NCBI RefSeq assembly: GCF_001194135.2
Contig: NC_068991.1
Span: 33,063,795 to 33,107,566, forward strand
DNA: 43,772 nucleotides
Reading direction: 5' to 3'
DNA from: Octopus bimaculoides
Lineage: Eukaryota
Of the stretch, positions 23,536-36,469 are shown in pieces; the stretch's first letter is position 1; every line of letters starts with the position of its first letter. The notes under the pieces are model-generated. The model was not told the DNA's origin and made no database searches. It worked only from the letters and a program-made list of their open reading frames with translations. Both the position numbers and the translations under genes were made by a program.

Positions 23536-24789
23536 TACATATGTACACACATGTATACATACATATATGCATAAACACACACATATACATATATACATAC
23601 GTACACAAGCACACATGCATGCTGATGCAAACATGTGCACAAATAGACAAAAGGAATGTAGCTCTAATAATGGACCGATTCAACATCCATTGACAAGGTT
23701 GCAAAAGCAGCAAAAATTTCGGAAGAAAAAAGAAATATATAAATGATAAACAAGTGGAAATCGAACTGGTGAGTGTGAGGCATTAAGACAATATGACTCT
23801 CCCCAGACACAACAAAATTTACTTCAACACACAAATTCATATAAAGAATCTTGCAAACCAGCTACAAAAACAAAGTAGAATAAGCTCTAGCCAAGCTAGC
23901 AAGACACTGTGTTCTACTGTCTAAAAATTAAGATAGCTACCCGACAGCTCCACTTCATTAAAGCATGCATCTCCTCCAGACTATATACAAAATCTGTTAA
24001 TTTGGTTGTCAATTGGCTAGGACTCACAGAACACCAAGCAAGAAAACTAAAATGCATGATATTACTAAACATCAAAAAGAAAATATACATAGAAATCAAC
24101 CAGTACCAGAAATGAAAGCGGACCCTACTGCATGAACTGAAAAACACCACAACACCACATGAAAGAGACAGATTCATGACACTCATATAACAAAAATACA
24201 CTGAGTGAACCATGCCTGTAACAAACACTTTAACAAACTCAAGAGGATGAAACAGCAACAATCTCAGCATGGTAAGAATCAACGCAGATACCCAAACAAT
24301 ACTGACAGGATCGTCATGTCAGAATGTGAACTATCAGAGAACTTTAATGCCAGGGCGCCGAAAAACAATACCACCACCACCACTACCACTAGCAACAACA
24401 ATTCCACCCCTGGGATATACAGCACAGTACAGCTATTGTAGTTATGGATGAATGCATGCCTTAGAGTTACCACTGAAATTCACTACAGAAAAAAGATCAG
24501 AAAAATTGTCTGTCTGAGATTGAAAAACAACATTCTTAAAAATAAAATGGAGATTAGGACAATACAACAACACAAACATACAAAACCAAAGCAACAATAA
24601 TAGAAATGTTAATGACAACAATAGTGATAACAACAACAATGATAACCATTAACAACACAAACATATAAATCCAAAATGACAACAACTTTAGCAATGATAA
24701 TGGAAAAAAGGCATTGGTGGGGCAATGCATACCCTGCATGCAGATAACTTCTTCGCAAATTATAGTGTGGCTTACAATGCATTGTTTAC

Positions 24790-25445
24790 CCATGCTTTTT
24801 AAATTAAACTGAATTAATTTTTTTTTTTTTTAAGTATCACCATTATAGTTATTTATACTCCAGTGAAATTAAGAAATCAACTTGTAAATAAACAAAACCC
24901 TCGAATCCATCAGTGTATACACACGCACACACACAGTTGCATATCTATGTATGTAGTTATGTATGCACACCATGATCTATACACATGTAGATGAGGGTTG
25001 ACTCATATGAAAAGGAAAGTGAAGAAGATAATATGACCACTTGCTTATCGGGAAATTTTTAAGTTCAATTTTATTTTTTTTTAAAGTATCACCATTTATA
25101 CTCCGGTGAAATTAAGAAATCATGTCATAAATAAATGAAACCCTCGAATCCATCACTGTACACACACACACATGTACACACACACAGTCGCATATGTATT
25201 TATGTATGCACACATGTTTATGCGCATAAGTACACTATGATCTATACACACGCAGATATGGGTCAATTCATATGAAAAAGTAAGTGAACAAAATAATATG
25301 ACCACTTGCTTATCAGGAAATTTGTAAGTTTGGTTTTTTGGTTCATTTTGAGCCACTCACCAGATGAGTATTTCTCTCAAATGTGGTGAAAATGCATTCA
25401 GCCATTTTTCAGTAATTCTGCAAACACACAAACAGACAAAGACAA
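24790..25445 (+). mobile_element. DINE-1/Helitron-like insertion inside the Penelope ORF, with a ~250-bp internal tandem duplication
   Basis: Units at ~24831-25075 and ~25081-25330 share aagtatcaccatt, gtgaaattaagaaatca, ccctcgaatccatca and ataatatgaccacttgcttatc. The end aaatgtggtgaaaatgcattcagccatt...caaacagacaaa is DINE-like. Confidence 0.5.
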
Positions 25446-28217
25446 GTGATTACAATACCCTGCTTTCACTTACATGCGCAGGGTAATCACCACAACAATG
25501 ACAATAACAACAATGATAACCACAATACCCCACACACAAACAACAATACCAACCACAACATTACCCATACCGCCACCAGCACCACCTTCAACACCCACAA
25601 CAACAACAGTAATAACAACATCAACAATGAACACAACAGCAGCAGCAACAACGCCAGCAAGAGTAACAACAACTACAACAATAGTAACACAGGTAGCACC
25701 CTAGAATTTGTCTTCTATAACCCCAACAACAAATCATACAACATGACGAGGATCTACCCAACAGACTTACCCCTCAATAAAAGGGTATGTATCCCGCTAC
25801 AGACTGACAGTGAGACAGAGACAAAAATTTCTTTAGCTAGAAATAGACTCTGACACATCTTAGACTGATATAACAAAACCACTAAAAAACATGAAAGGGA
25901 GACCCACCAACTCAGTTCAACAGTCGCCAAAGGCTTACAAAAACTGAAACAGCAAATTAAGAACAGGGAATTAGTGTGCCTCCCTACAGACAAGTCTGGC
26001 AGATTGTAATAGACAGTCCACAGAACTATATCCAGACCATGCAACAACGCATCAGTAGCATGAGAGAGGTTGCACCACAGGATCATGAAAGAGTGGAAAA
26101 ACTTCTCAATGCACACATGGGAATATGGTGCAACATACTCCAATCCAGGAAATAGACTGCACAAAATTTCCAAGCATTCAACAACAATGTTCGTATGCTG
26201 TACAGGTTACGAAAGGACCATAAACCCCATGTAAACCCTGTTATGAGATCACCAACCAGCCCAGTTTGTAGAGTGAATATCTCCAGCTAATATAGGCTAT
26301 CCTACTTCCTTTCACTGAAATGTCCCCAGATGTCTGTGTGAGCATGGAGGGCCTCCTCCATAGAATCAGTAGTTGCAACTGAAGTTATACCAACAGTTCG
26401 AAAAAGAAAGCAGTGAACTTAGGCTTTTATTTGCTTACAATTCAACCAGCTCTGAGTGTTTTATGAAACTTTTGAAACACTCGTCTTCATAACCGACAAA
26501 AGGGGATGGTAAGGGACAATAAATGCATCTGTACAGTATTTTTAGTTTTTGTCTCCTGTTTATGATATACACACTTTAATTTATACTTGTTCAGTAAGAT
26601 ACAAATATACACTATTAATATCCAGCACAAGTCCAAACACTTAAAGAAAAGAGTCTACATATTTAAACAAATAAACCAATATATTCACCTGATTAATATT
26701 GAATTCACTCATTTTTACTTTCCATTTAATATTCTGATAACACTTTATTATAATTTAAATGCACAAAGTTAGAAGAAACAGGTCCAAATTCTCGCTATTT
26801 TAGGTAATCAAACAGCTATAAAATACATCGGAAAGCCTTTCTACAATCTATATAATTACATAAAATCACAACAGTAACCACTGCAATGACCTCGCAGGTT
26901 GTGTAATGAGTAGTATGGATGTGGTTTCACTCTACTCATCTACAGACATATATTTTGCTGTGAAAAATGCATTGAGATTATCTGTGAGAGTGAAGTAGAG
27001 TTTCGCAAAGTCAAAACAAGGGAACTGGGCCTCCTCCTTACACTAAGCTATAAATAACCGTAACTACCTAGACAACCATGACCTAAGTAGATTCTGCCCC
27101 ACCAGGTCAGAGAGAGGAAGACCACCCACAATTGTTTTGGCAGTGAAGAAAAGCACCAGAGTACTGGAGTGACTGGACCATACCCCCACCCAGGACTCTG
27201 AGAACAACAATCAGGTAAAAAGAATGATTGCACATGCTATAAGAGCTAGCATAAGAACCACCTTGAAGAACCACATATTGAAGTTTGACAGGAAACTATA
27301 CATGCAAGTTCAATGTGCAGTCATTGGTGTTGGTGTGGCTGGCCTCTTCATGACCTGGTGGGACAGAAAACATAAACAATCCCTAGCTGAACAATCCACA
27401 ACTGTATTGCTTTCCTGTAGGTATGTAAATAACATCAAGATTCAAGTTAGGACAAACCCTAGTAAATGCAGTGTAGAAACCGAGAGAAGCATAATGGAGA
27501 GGATCCAGCACATAGCTAACTCCATCCACGAAAGTATCAAGGTAACTATACATTACCCCGACTAGGCACCCTAACAAGAGACTCCCTGTCCTTGAAACTG
27601 AACTTTGGTTAGAAACTGTAAACAACAGAGTAAAGCTCCACAAAACCCACAGCTTCTATATATGTTGCCCACAAGAACTCAGCTTTGTCACACAATATTC
27701 ATTTTCAAATCAACATACTGATAGCAGACTTAGGATAATGAATAATGTGGCCCCTTCCTATGTGAACCCTATGAAACAAGGAAACATGTACAGAACTTCA
27801 TGCACTGCATGCAATTCTCTGGATATGACCAGAAAGATGGAACTCGTGTATACAGAGGAGCTAGAAAGAGGTTAGCATTATATGTAATGAAGCCAATGGT
27901 ACTCACCATAGATACAGAAGTAAAGACTGGAATATTATACAGAGAGTTTGTGACAAAGCAGAGTGAACACATGGTACAGGGTTGACAAATATCAAGGAGT
28001 GATGTTTGTAGTGGCCACACCCCATGGGGAACTAGCCTGTAGATTTAGGAAAACTCTGAAGGAGACCAAACTCAGCATTAAGATCGCTGAAAAGGCAAGG
28101 AGCTCCATGAGATTGCATGTAGGATGTACCCCTTCAAAAATACCACATGCATTAATGAGAACTGTGTGGTAAGATTAGCCCTGGCATTAACTGTAGAACT
28201 AGAAATACAGTCTATAG

Positions 28218-28574
28218 CAGTGGTTCCCAAACTTTTTAGAGACGCGACCCACTATTTACGACACCAGTTTATGGTGACCCACTTAACTCTACTGGGTAAA
28301 AACATTAATGAAAGAAACAAATTTATTTCAGATTACATTTTCACTGAGGCCTGTAAGAAGGATGAGCCTGTTTCTTGCTACGCTCAATAATAGATTTAAA
28401 AAAGCCTACTGCTTGATAAAACAACCAGTCTGGTATTTAAAACATGAGTCTTGAACTATCTCAATAGACAACAGTTAATCAAAGCTAATGCGTAATTTTA
28501 TAACTTTTTGTGACCCACTAGGATTCCATTCGCGACCCACTGATGGGTCGCGACTCATAGTTTGGGAACCACTG
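28218..28574. mobile_element. hAT (Charlie-like) MITE, 357 bp
   Basis: Perfect 16-bp TIR CAGTGGTTCCCAAACT / AGTTTGGGAACCACTG; perfect 8-bp TSD GTCTATAG at 28210-28217 and 28575-28582. Confidence 0.92.
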
Positions 28575-28919
28575 GTCTATAGCATAAGGTGCATAGATGG
28601 TGCTTGTAAAGACAAGAACACAGCATACGTAGAAGAAACATCTAGAAGTATTACAGAGAGTATAAATGTACACTTGAGTCAACATGATAACAAAAAACAG
28701 TCCTCCATAATCTAGCAACATACCAAAGACCAACATCGAGGCACACTAGACCAACTTGACATTCACATTTTATCCAAGCACCCAAAGGACCCATCACTCA
28801 CACAAATATAAGAGTACGTCCTCATAAATGAAACGTCTCCCGCACTAGAACACTGTGATACACTAATACCCACAGACTATACATACATAGGTACATTTGC
28901 TAGTAGGCTGTTATGTAGG

Positions 28920-28922
<3 letters not shown>

Positions 28923-28987
<65 letters not shown>
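28923..28987. repeat. (TA)n microsatellite
   Basis: Direct reading of the sequence. Confidence 0.95.
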
Positions 28988-28991
<4 letters not shown>

Positions 28992-29230
28992 CACATAGGT
29001 AGGTAAACAGATAGATACATAGGTAAGTAGATAGATAGGTACATAGGCAATACGGACAGACAAGCACACACACAAACACAAAAGATGGAAACATGACCAT
29101 ATATACACACTCCACACACTCATACACACAAAGACACATATGAAGACACATCCATACATAACAGATGCACATACAGTCACACAAATGCATATACATTTAC
29201 ACTCAAACATGCACACACAGAGACAGAGGT

Positions 29231-29268
<38 letters not shown>

Positions 29269-29339
29269 ACAAATATTAAGAAGTAATAGGATGTAAAAGA
29301 AATTAACCATGAAAGTTAATTTATAATTAGAGCTAATTT

Positions 29340-30355
29340 AGCAAAGACCAAAGTACTGGTAAATAGGAAAACAGAAAATTACAAATCCCTTCAGGGTGAT
29401 GGCCCTGCTCAATATATAGAAAACATGTAGGTAGAAACACCATACAGTGTACCCAATGCAAGTTATGGACACATAAGAGGTGCAGCAATATCGGAAGAAA
29501 ATTAACAGTGACAATCCATGTGTGTGTGGCAGATGTGCAGGTACAATAAACATGAGGAATGTACAGAAAATAGACTTCATCAAATGCCCAAGGGGATATG
29601 TAAAAGTAATAGATAGCTTCTGTTACCTAGATGACCAAGTTAGCAGTGGAGAAGAATGCTCTGAGAGCATAGCTGCTAGAATAAGAACAGGCTGGGCAAA
29701 GTTCAGAGAGCTTCTACCACCAGAGTGAAGCCTGTGTGCAAATGCAGAGGACATGCAAAAGCTTGAAAGGAAAGAAGCTAGTATGCTTCGCTGGAAGTGC
29801 AAATGTCAGTGTGCACATACAACAGAGTGTACGTGTTTTCAGAGAAAAATTGGATATAAGTGGCATCAGATGTGAGCAAGAGAGAAGACAGTGCTAGTAT
29901 GGTTACGTGATGCATATGAACGAGGACAGCTGCATAATTGTGGAAGGAACTTGTGGAAGAGGTAGAACCAAGAAGACATGGGACGATATGGTGAAATGTG
30001 ACCTTCAGGTGGTGAAACGTGAGCCTCATGGAGGCAATGATAAGTGACCAAAACTTCTGGTGAATTGCTGTACTTGAGAAGACACATCAGTTAAGTGAAA
30101 TCGTGGTCATGCTAGTGCCAGTGACATGTGAAAGGCATCAGTACCAGTGATGCATGAAAGGCACCCATACCAGTGGCATATAAAAGGCCTCAGTACACTC
30201 CGTGGAGTGGTTGGTATAAAGGAAGGACATTCAGCTGCAGAAACCAAGCCAAAACAGACCGGAGCCTGGTGCAACTCTCTAACCTACTATCTCCAGTTAA
30301 ACCATCTAACCCATGCCAGCATGAAAAATGAACATTGAATGATGATGATGATGAT
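29340..30355 (+). mobile_element. RTE LINE 3' fragment with internal deletions
   Basis: PHD-like remnant, FCYL, RIRTGWAKFRELL, GRGRTKKTW and GAT tail. Confidence 0.85.
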
Positions 30356-30756
30356 AGTACTATACAAAAAAATCAAGAACATCTTTGGGTAAGGAATTAA
30401 AAATCTAATTCATAACCTAAAGCAACTTAATTCAATTAGAAACATAAGCTTTCTGTTCAAGAATAAAACATTGTTGAAATAAGTGAATGTAATATGGAAG
30501 AAATATTGAAACCATTGAATGGGGGCTGAATAAAAATTTCAAACTTAAAATTTACATGCAACATGTTCTTTACTTCTACTACACTAACTTTCATCAAAAG
30601 CTTTAAATTTGTTTAATTTTTTACCTCACCTACTCTCAGGCTACAACATCTAAAAAAACACAATTGAACAAATCTTGTTATAATGAACATTCAGGACAAA
30701 ACTAAACCAAATCCATAGCAGTCAAAATTCCTTCTTACAAATAAATTAAATAAATA

Positions 30757-31097
30757 AACAAGAGTACTCAGAGAGCTCAAACCTCCACCAAGGCAGCACC
30801 AACATCCGCTCAACAATTAGCCGGAGATGATTTTTAAAATGAGAACATCTGAAATAAACGACTGCTCTCACAAGTGAGAAAACTAAAAATTAAGTAAAAA
30901 AAAACGGAAAAATAATCCAGAATTTTTGTCCAGTAGTGGATTGATCCCAAAATCTAATCAGTTCGTGCCAGTCGCAAGGCCCAAACATCCTTGAAAGTTT
31001 CATCCAAACACATCCAGCAGTTCTTGAGATATCTTGTCCATGGACAAACAAACACGACTGAAAACAATACTTCCACCTTCACTAAGGCAGAGGTAAT
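30757..31097 (+). mobile_element. DINE-1/HINE-like element, copy 2
   Basis: Similar to 4424-4793; 5' acctccaccaagg and 3' hairpin ending aaggcagaggtaa. Confidence 0.65.
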
Positions 31098-31419
31098 AAA
31101 TATGAAACAACAGACCTGTGATTTCAGACAAACAAATAACAATATTGGCATGGATAATGGAAATGTTTAATCGGTCATTTTAACAACGTATTAACATTCA
31201 GTACTAAATACAAAGTTTTCCGTTTTCATTTATTAGTATACTTTAATGACCAAACAGAAATCATTTAGACCATATTGTCCAATCCAAATAAATCAGTTCA
31301 ATTTACATGTACTTAAAAATAAGCAAATTTCAATAGTCAGATCAATAATCTTTTTAATGAAATTAGAGGTTTTTCTTTTCTATTTTCCAACTGTGACCAG
31401 CCTAACTGCTACAAAAGTC

Positions 31420-33553
31420 AGTGACACTTCAAACAGGAATAATTTACAGAGATATCAAATTGCTGAGTAGGAAGATAGTTAGCCTAGATGAGATGCAGTT
31501 TCATGTAGTGCAAGGGGGAAGCACTACTGATGCTATTTTCCTAGAAAGACAAGTGCAGGAGAAGCATTTAGCAAAAAATAAACCTCTGTACTTGATTTTT
31601 GTTGACATGGAGAAAGCCTTTAATAGGATCCCTTTCTCCATCATCTGATATTCACTGAAGAAGCTAAGGATAGAGAAGTTGTTGATGAGAGTCATATAAG
31701 TTGTGTATAGGGATGCTGTCAGTAAAGTAAAAGTTGGCAATGAATATAGCAGTGAATTTGGTGTATAGGTAGGAGGAACAGTTCTCAGTACCCTCTTGTT
31801 TATCAGTCCTCCAAGCCATAACAGAGGAATTTAAAAATGGCTGTATTTGGGAGCTCTTCTATGCTGATTACCTTGTTCTTACAGTTCAATCACTACTAGA
31901 ATTAGAGAAGCAATTTCAGATGTAGCAGCAAGGACTGGAATCAAAGGGCCTTAGAGTAAATCTAGCAAAGACCAAAGTACTAGTAAATAGGAAAGCAGAC
32001 AAATTACTAATTCCTTCAGGGAGATGGCCCTGCTCAATACATAAAAAAGGTGTAGGTAGAAATTACATACAGTGTACCCAGTGCAAGCTACAGACACATA
32101 AGAGGTGCAGTGGTACAGTGGTAAGACAGGAAGGTTAACAAAGAAAGTAATCTTTGCGTGTGGCAGGTGTGCAGTTACAAGAATGTACAGGAATGTACAC
32201 TAAGAATGTACAGAAAATAGATTTTTCTCAAATGTCCAAGGGAGAGAATCTTTGGGGGAGTAGATAGCTTCTGTTATCTAGGCAACCAAGTTACTGGTGG
32301 AGGAGGATGCTCTAAAAGTGTAGTTGCTAGAATAAGAACCAGCTTGGCAAAACTCAGTGAGTTATTATCTTTATTGGAGTAAAAGGCAGACTGCATGATG
32401 GCTGTGCACAGACAGCTATGCTACATGGCAGCAAAATATAGATTGCGATTACACAGGACATGTAATGGCTTGAAAGAAATGAAGCCAGCATACTCTGCTG
32501 GATATGCAATGTCTGTGTGCATGCATGATAAAATGTAAATATTTTAAGAGAAAAATTGGGTATAAGAGGTATCAGATGTAGTGTGCAAGAGAGGAAACTG
32601 TGCTGGTATGGCCATGTGATGCATATGAATGAGGACAGCTACATAAAGGAGTGCTGGAGAGGGAACCTGTGGAAGAGGTAAACCAGAAAGACAGGAGACA
32701 AAGTGGTGAGAAATGATCTTCAAATGTTGAACCTCACAGAGGAAATGACAAGGGACCAAGACATCTGGCAATTTGCTGTGCTTGAGAAAACACATCAAGC
32801 TAAGTAAAGACATGGCCATACATACAGACATGTTCTTTACAGCAATGCCCTCCCCCACACACAATCTTTCCCGTGTCAAAACTCTCACAATCCATCTTCC
32901 CCCACCCATTATCGCCACCCAGTGCAGTCTTCCACTCTCTCTCATGTGCTGACCCACACACTCCATACCCTCACATATTTACCATAGCACCCTGCCAGCC
33001 ACTCCAATTTTGCTCACCATCATTTGCTACAGCCACCATCTCTAAACATAACCCTCTTACAAGGCATACCCTCACTATCCCCTCTGTACACTTAAATTCA
33101 CCTCCACTTTACTTTGCCGATGTGTCACGATGCATCTCCAACACCATCTATTTCTCTCTCTCTATATATATTTTTCTCTCTAACTCTATCTTTCCTTCCT
33201 CTCCTTTCTTTTTCTACTGGAGTAGTCAAGTATCTCCTATATAGTAAGACACTTATCTTTATTTCTCTACATCAATTTAACCTCTCAATTGGCACAAAGC
33301 CACCTCCCTCAGTACCACTCCCTCTCCTAGCCAAGAGATTTTTGTTTTTTAAGTTATTTGATGATCCCACTGGTGCTGGTGCCACATAAAAAGCACCCAG
33401 TACACTCTGTAAAGTGGTTGGTTTTAGGAAGGGAATCAAGCGGTAGAAACCATGCCAAAGCAGACAACAGAGCCAGGTGCAGTTCTCATTCATGCCAGCT
33501 CCTGTCAAACCATCCAACCCATACCCGCATGGAAGATGGACATTAGATGATGA
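31420..33553 (+). mobile_element. RTE LINE, RT domain to 3' tail, decayed
   Basis: STTDAIFLERQVQEK...FVDMEKAFNRIP, YADY (YADD position), PHD-like insert, FCYLG and tail. Confidence 0.88.
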
Positions 33554-33699
33554 TTTTTCATATTAGTAATAATGAATGTGTTCCATCCTTGACCACCCCT
33601 TCAAATTTAATACATGATAAAACTATCTAATATGCATTATAATAGTATGATATAATTTAAAATAATAAATACAATTTAAAATAATAAATTACTGAGAGT

Positions 33700-35760
33700 G
33701 TTATAGCTCAATTGATTAGAAATAGAATTAAACTAGATGAGAGGCAGTTTGGTTTTGTACCCAGGAAGAATACCACAGATGCCATCTTCCTAGTGAGACA
33801 GCTGCAGGAAAACAACTTGGCCAAAAGTAAGCCATTGTGCTTAGCCTTCATCAACCTGGAGAAAGCTTTCGAGAGTTCCCCACTCTGTTATATGGTGGTC
33901 TCTAAGGAAGTTGGGAGTAGAGGAGTGGTTTGTTAGAGCTAGCATTCAGGTAGGAGTTCACCAGGGCTTAGTTCTCAGCCCCCACTTATTCATTATAGCC
34001 CTCCAGACCATAACAGAGGAATTCAAAACTGGGCGCCCGTGGGAAAAACTATATGCTGATGACCTTGTTCTTATTGCAAAATCTTCAGCAGAATTGGAGA
34101 AGAAATTCCAGGTATGAAAACAAAACCTGAAATCAAAGGACCTTAAAGTTAACCTAGCTAAGACAAAAGTGGTTGTTAGTAAGAAAGAAGATAAAGCTTT
34201 CTTTCCATCAGGTAAATGGCCTTGCTCCATATGTAGGGAAGGAGTTGGAAGAAATTCCATTCGCTGCACCCAGTGTAAACTATAGACACATAAGAGGTGT
34301 ATTGGTATCACAGGTAGATCAACAAATAAAGTAGTCCTTGTATGTAAAAGATGTGCAGGAACAATAAGCACTTAGAGCACACAGGAATTAGATTCTCTCA
34401 AATAGCCAGGAGGTTCTCTTGAGGTTGTAGGTAGTTTCTGTTACCTAGGCGACCAAATTAGCAATGGTGGAGGATGCTCTGAAAGTATTGTTCCTAGAAT
34501 AAGAATTGGGTGGAGGAAGTTCAGAGAGCTATTACCTCTGTTGGCAACAAAAGGACTCTCTCTCAGAGTGAAAAGTCTCGTGATGAAGTTCTTGAGAAGA
34601 CCTGCCCACATCAGCAAAACTGAGCTCTAGAAGCACTGTGTGTCACACCCACACTTAACAAGAAATTTTTTCACACACTCTACCACAACAAACCAAACTA
34701 CATCTCTTCTATAAACTACATCTCTTCTCCTCCTCACATTTCCGCTTCATGTACTATGATTACCTCCCATTCCCCAATCCTGTCCTCTTAGCCCTGTGCC
34801 ACTGTATCATTGCTCTGTGCATTCTACACGCATGTCCTGTCTCACTCTACTTTTCCCTCACTCTACCCCTACAAACCAATCCACATCGCTTTCTCATATT
34901 CCCTCCCTCATACACTATGCCTAGCTCTCACCCCACAATCATGTCCTCACACCCTTGTTCCTCTGTATCATTGCTATCCAGTAGCCTCTCCAACTCTATA
35001 TATACCCAGGTCTTTCACTACCTACTTGCACTCATTAATCATAATATCCTGCCACTTATATTATGGCATTTGAACCTCAAGGATACACACTAGCATTTGC
35101 CACCATCTCTCTCTCTCTCTTCCTTTACTCAACTATCTCATTTATATTCTGATCCCTGTTCTTTGTGAATATGCCCAGCATTTTGCCACCATCTTTATCC
35201 GGCTGTCTCCCACTCTCTCTCTCTCTCTTTCTCCTGCACTTCCCTCAGGTTGGGCAACTGTGTATTTTCTTTGCAGTAGCACACCTGTTTCTGTCTTCAT
35301 TCCTGATCTTTCTTTCTTTCTCTGGCTGGGTAACCTCGTACTTTCTCTACTGCAAGACACCTGTATTTGTCTCACTATAACCTTTTTATCATCACCTCTT
35401 CCAATGCCTATCCTCCTCTTAAAAGTTTTTTCTTTATTTTATGTGTTGCAAGTACTTGGTGACCCGGTCAGTGCAGATGCCACTTCAAAGCACCCAATCC
35501 ACACTGTAAAGTGGTTGGTGTTCAGAGGGGCACCCAGCAGTAAAAACCTTGCCAAAACTGACCTCACCTGTGCTTGTGCCATGTAAAAAGCACAAAGTCC
35601 ACTCTGCTGAATGGTTGATGTTAAGAAGGGCATCCAGTTGTAAAAATCTTGCCAAAACAGTCACAGAAGTCTGGTGCAGGCCTCAGCCTGGCCAACTCTT
35701 ATGGTACCATCCCACCCATGCTAACATGGAAGATGGACGTTAAACAATGATGATGATGAT
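33700..35760 (+). mobile_element. RTE LINE with internal deletions, same subfamily as 14330-16270
   Basis: QFGFVPRKNTTDAIFLVRQLQE, GVHQGLVLSP and LYADDLVLIA; shares the CT-rich 3' UTR; (GAT)n tail. Confidence 0.88.
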
Positions 35761-36469
35761 GTATTTTATGAAGAATCACAAAAGAGACTTCTGTTCCCAT
35801 TTATAAAACTACATAGAATAGTACAATTCAAAAAGATACATTAGAACCAATGGTAGTGAACTACCAAATACTTGGAAAATGTCAGATGAATAGACTGTAT
35901 ATGATTTTTTTCTTTATTTATATTGTTCTCTAATTGATTTTTTTCATATCATTGTCTTATTAATTTTCTTTTATATTGTCTCGAAGTTAGAATTTGAATT
36001 TGAGATGGAATGATTGGTATGATTACAATCGGAACCTCTGATTCCATAAAATAGATAGGTTGGTCACAATTGGGGAACTAGAAAGAAAAGAAAATCTCTC
36101 AGTATTCCATAAAAAAAAAAAATACAAGATAGTCACATCTGGAACACTTTCATTCTCACAAATGTTCACAGATAGAAAATTGAAAACAAAAGGGGAAAAA
36201 CTCTGATTCCGTTAAGGAAAGTGAAACAGTTATGTTTGGAACACTTTTCTTCTAACATTTCATAAATTAATACTGATTCTTTACAGACAAGACCACTGAA
36301 ATTTGCATATTTTTTGTTCATGGGAAAAGAACAAAATGTCTTTTGATTTTTCGGCAATCTCATTATAACAAACTTTTCATTACAACAAAAAATTATTTAT
36401 TTTTTTTAATATCTCATGAATTTCATTGTAACAAAATTTCACCTGTAATACAGTACATAACACACATAC

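Larger units (their letters stand above)
23130..29270 (+). mobile_element. Penelope-like retroelement (RT + C-terminal GIY-YIG) in partial-tandem arrangement, decayed, with nested insertions
   Basis: N-terminal RQLHFIKAC; LPTDKSGR; SMDVVSLY; GVAGLFMTWWDR...RYVNN (YVDD position); GIY-YIG region VYSIRC...AYVEETSR. The GIY-YIG segment and CA-rich tail are repeated upstream at 23130-23430 (YIGETSKNIAERI). Confidence 0.85.

Noticed and set aside
23046-23713. Many Cys/Val/Tyr/Ile-rich ORFs (also 28877-29270, 36740-36955)
   Set aside because: Translations of (CA)n/(TA)n microsatellites.
25446-25853. Asn/Thr-rich ORF as an independent gene
   Set aside because: It is an (AAC)n-rich part of the decayed Penelope ORF.
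28720-28920. Possible SECIS element after the Penelope endonuclease
   Set aside because: The region still reads as GIY-YIG C-terminal coding sequence, and no AUGA/GA quartet stem was seen.
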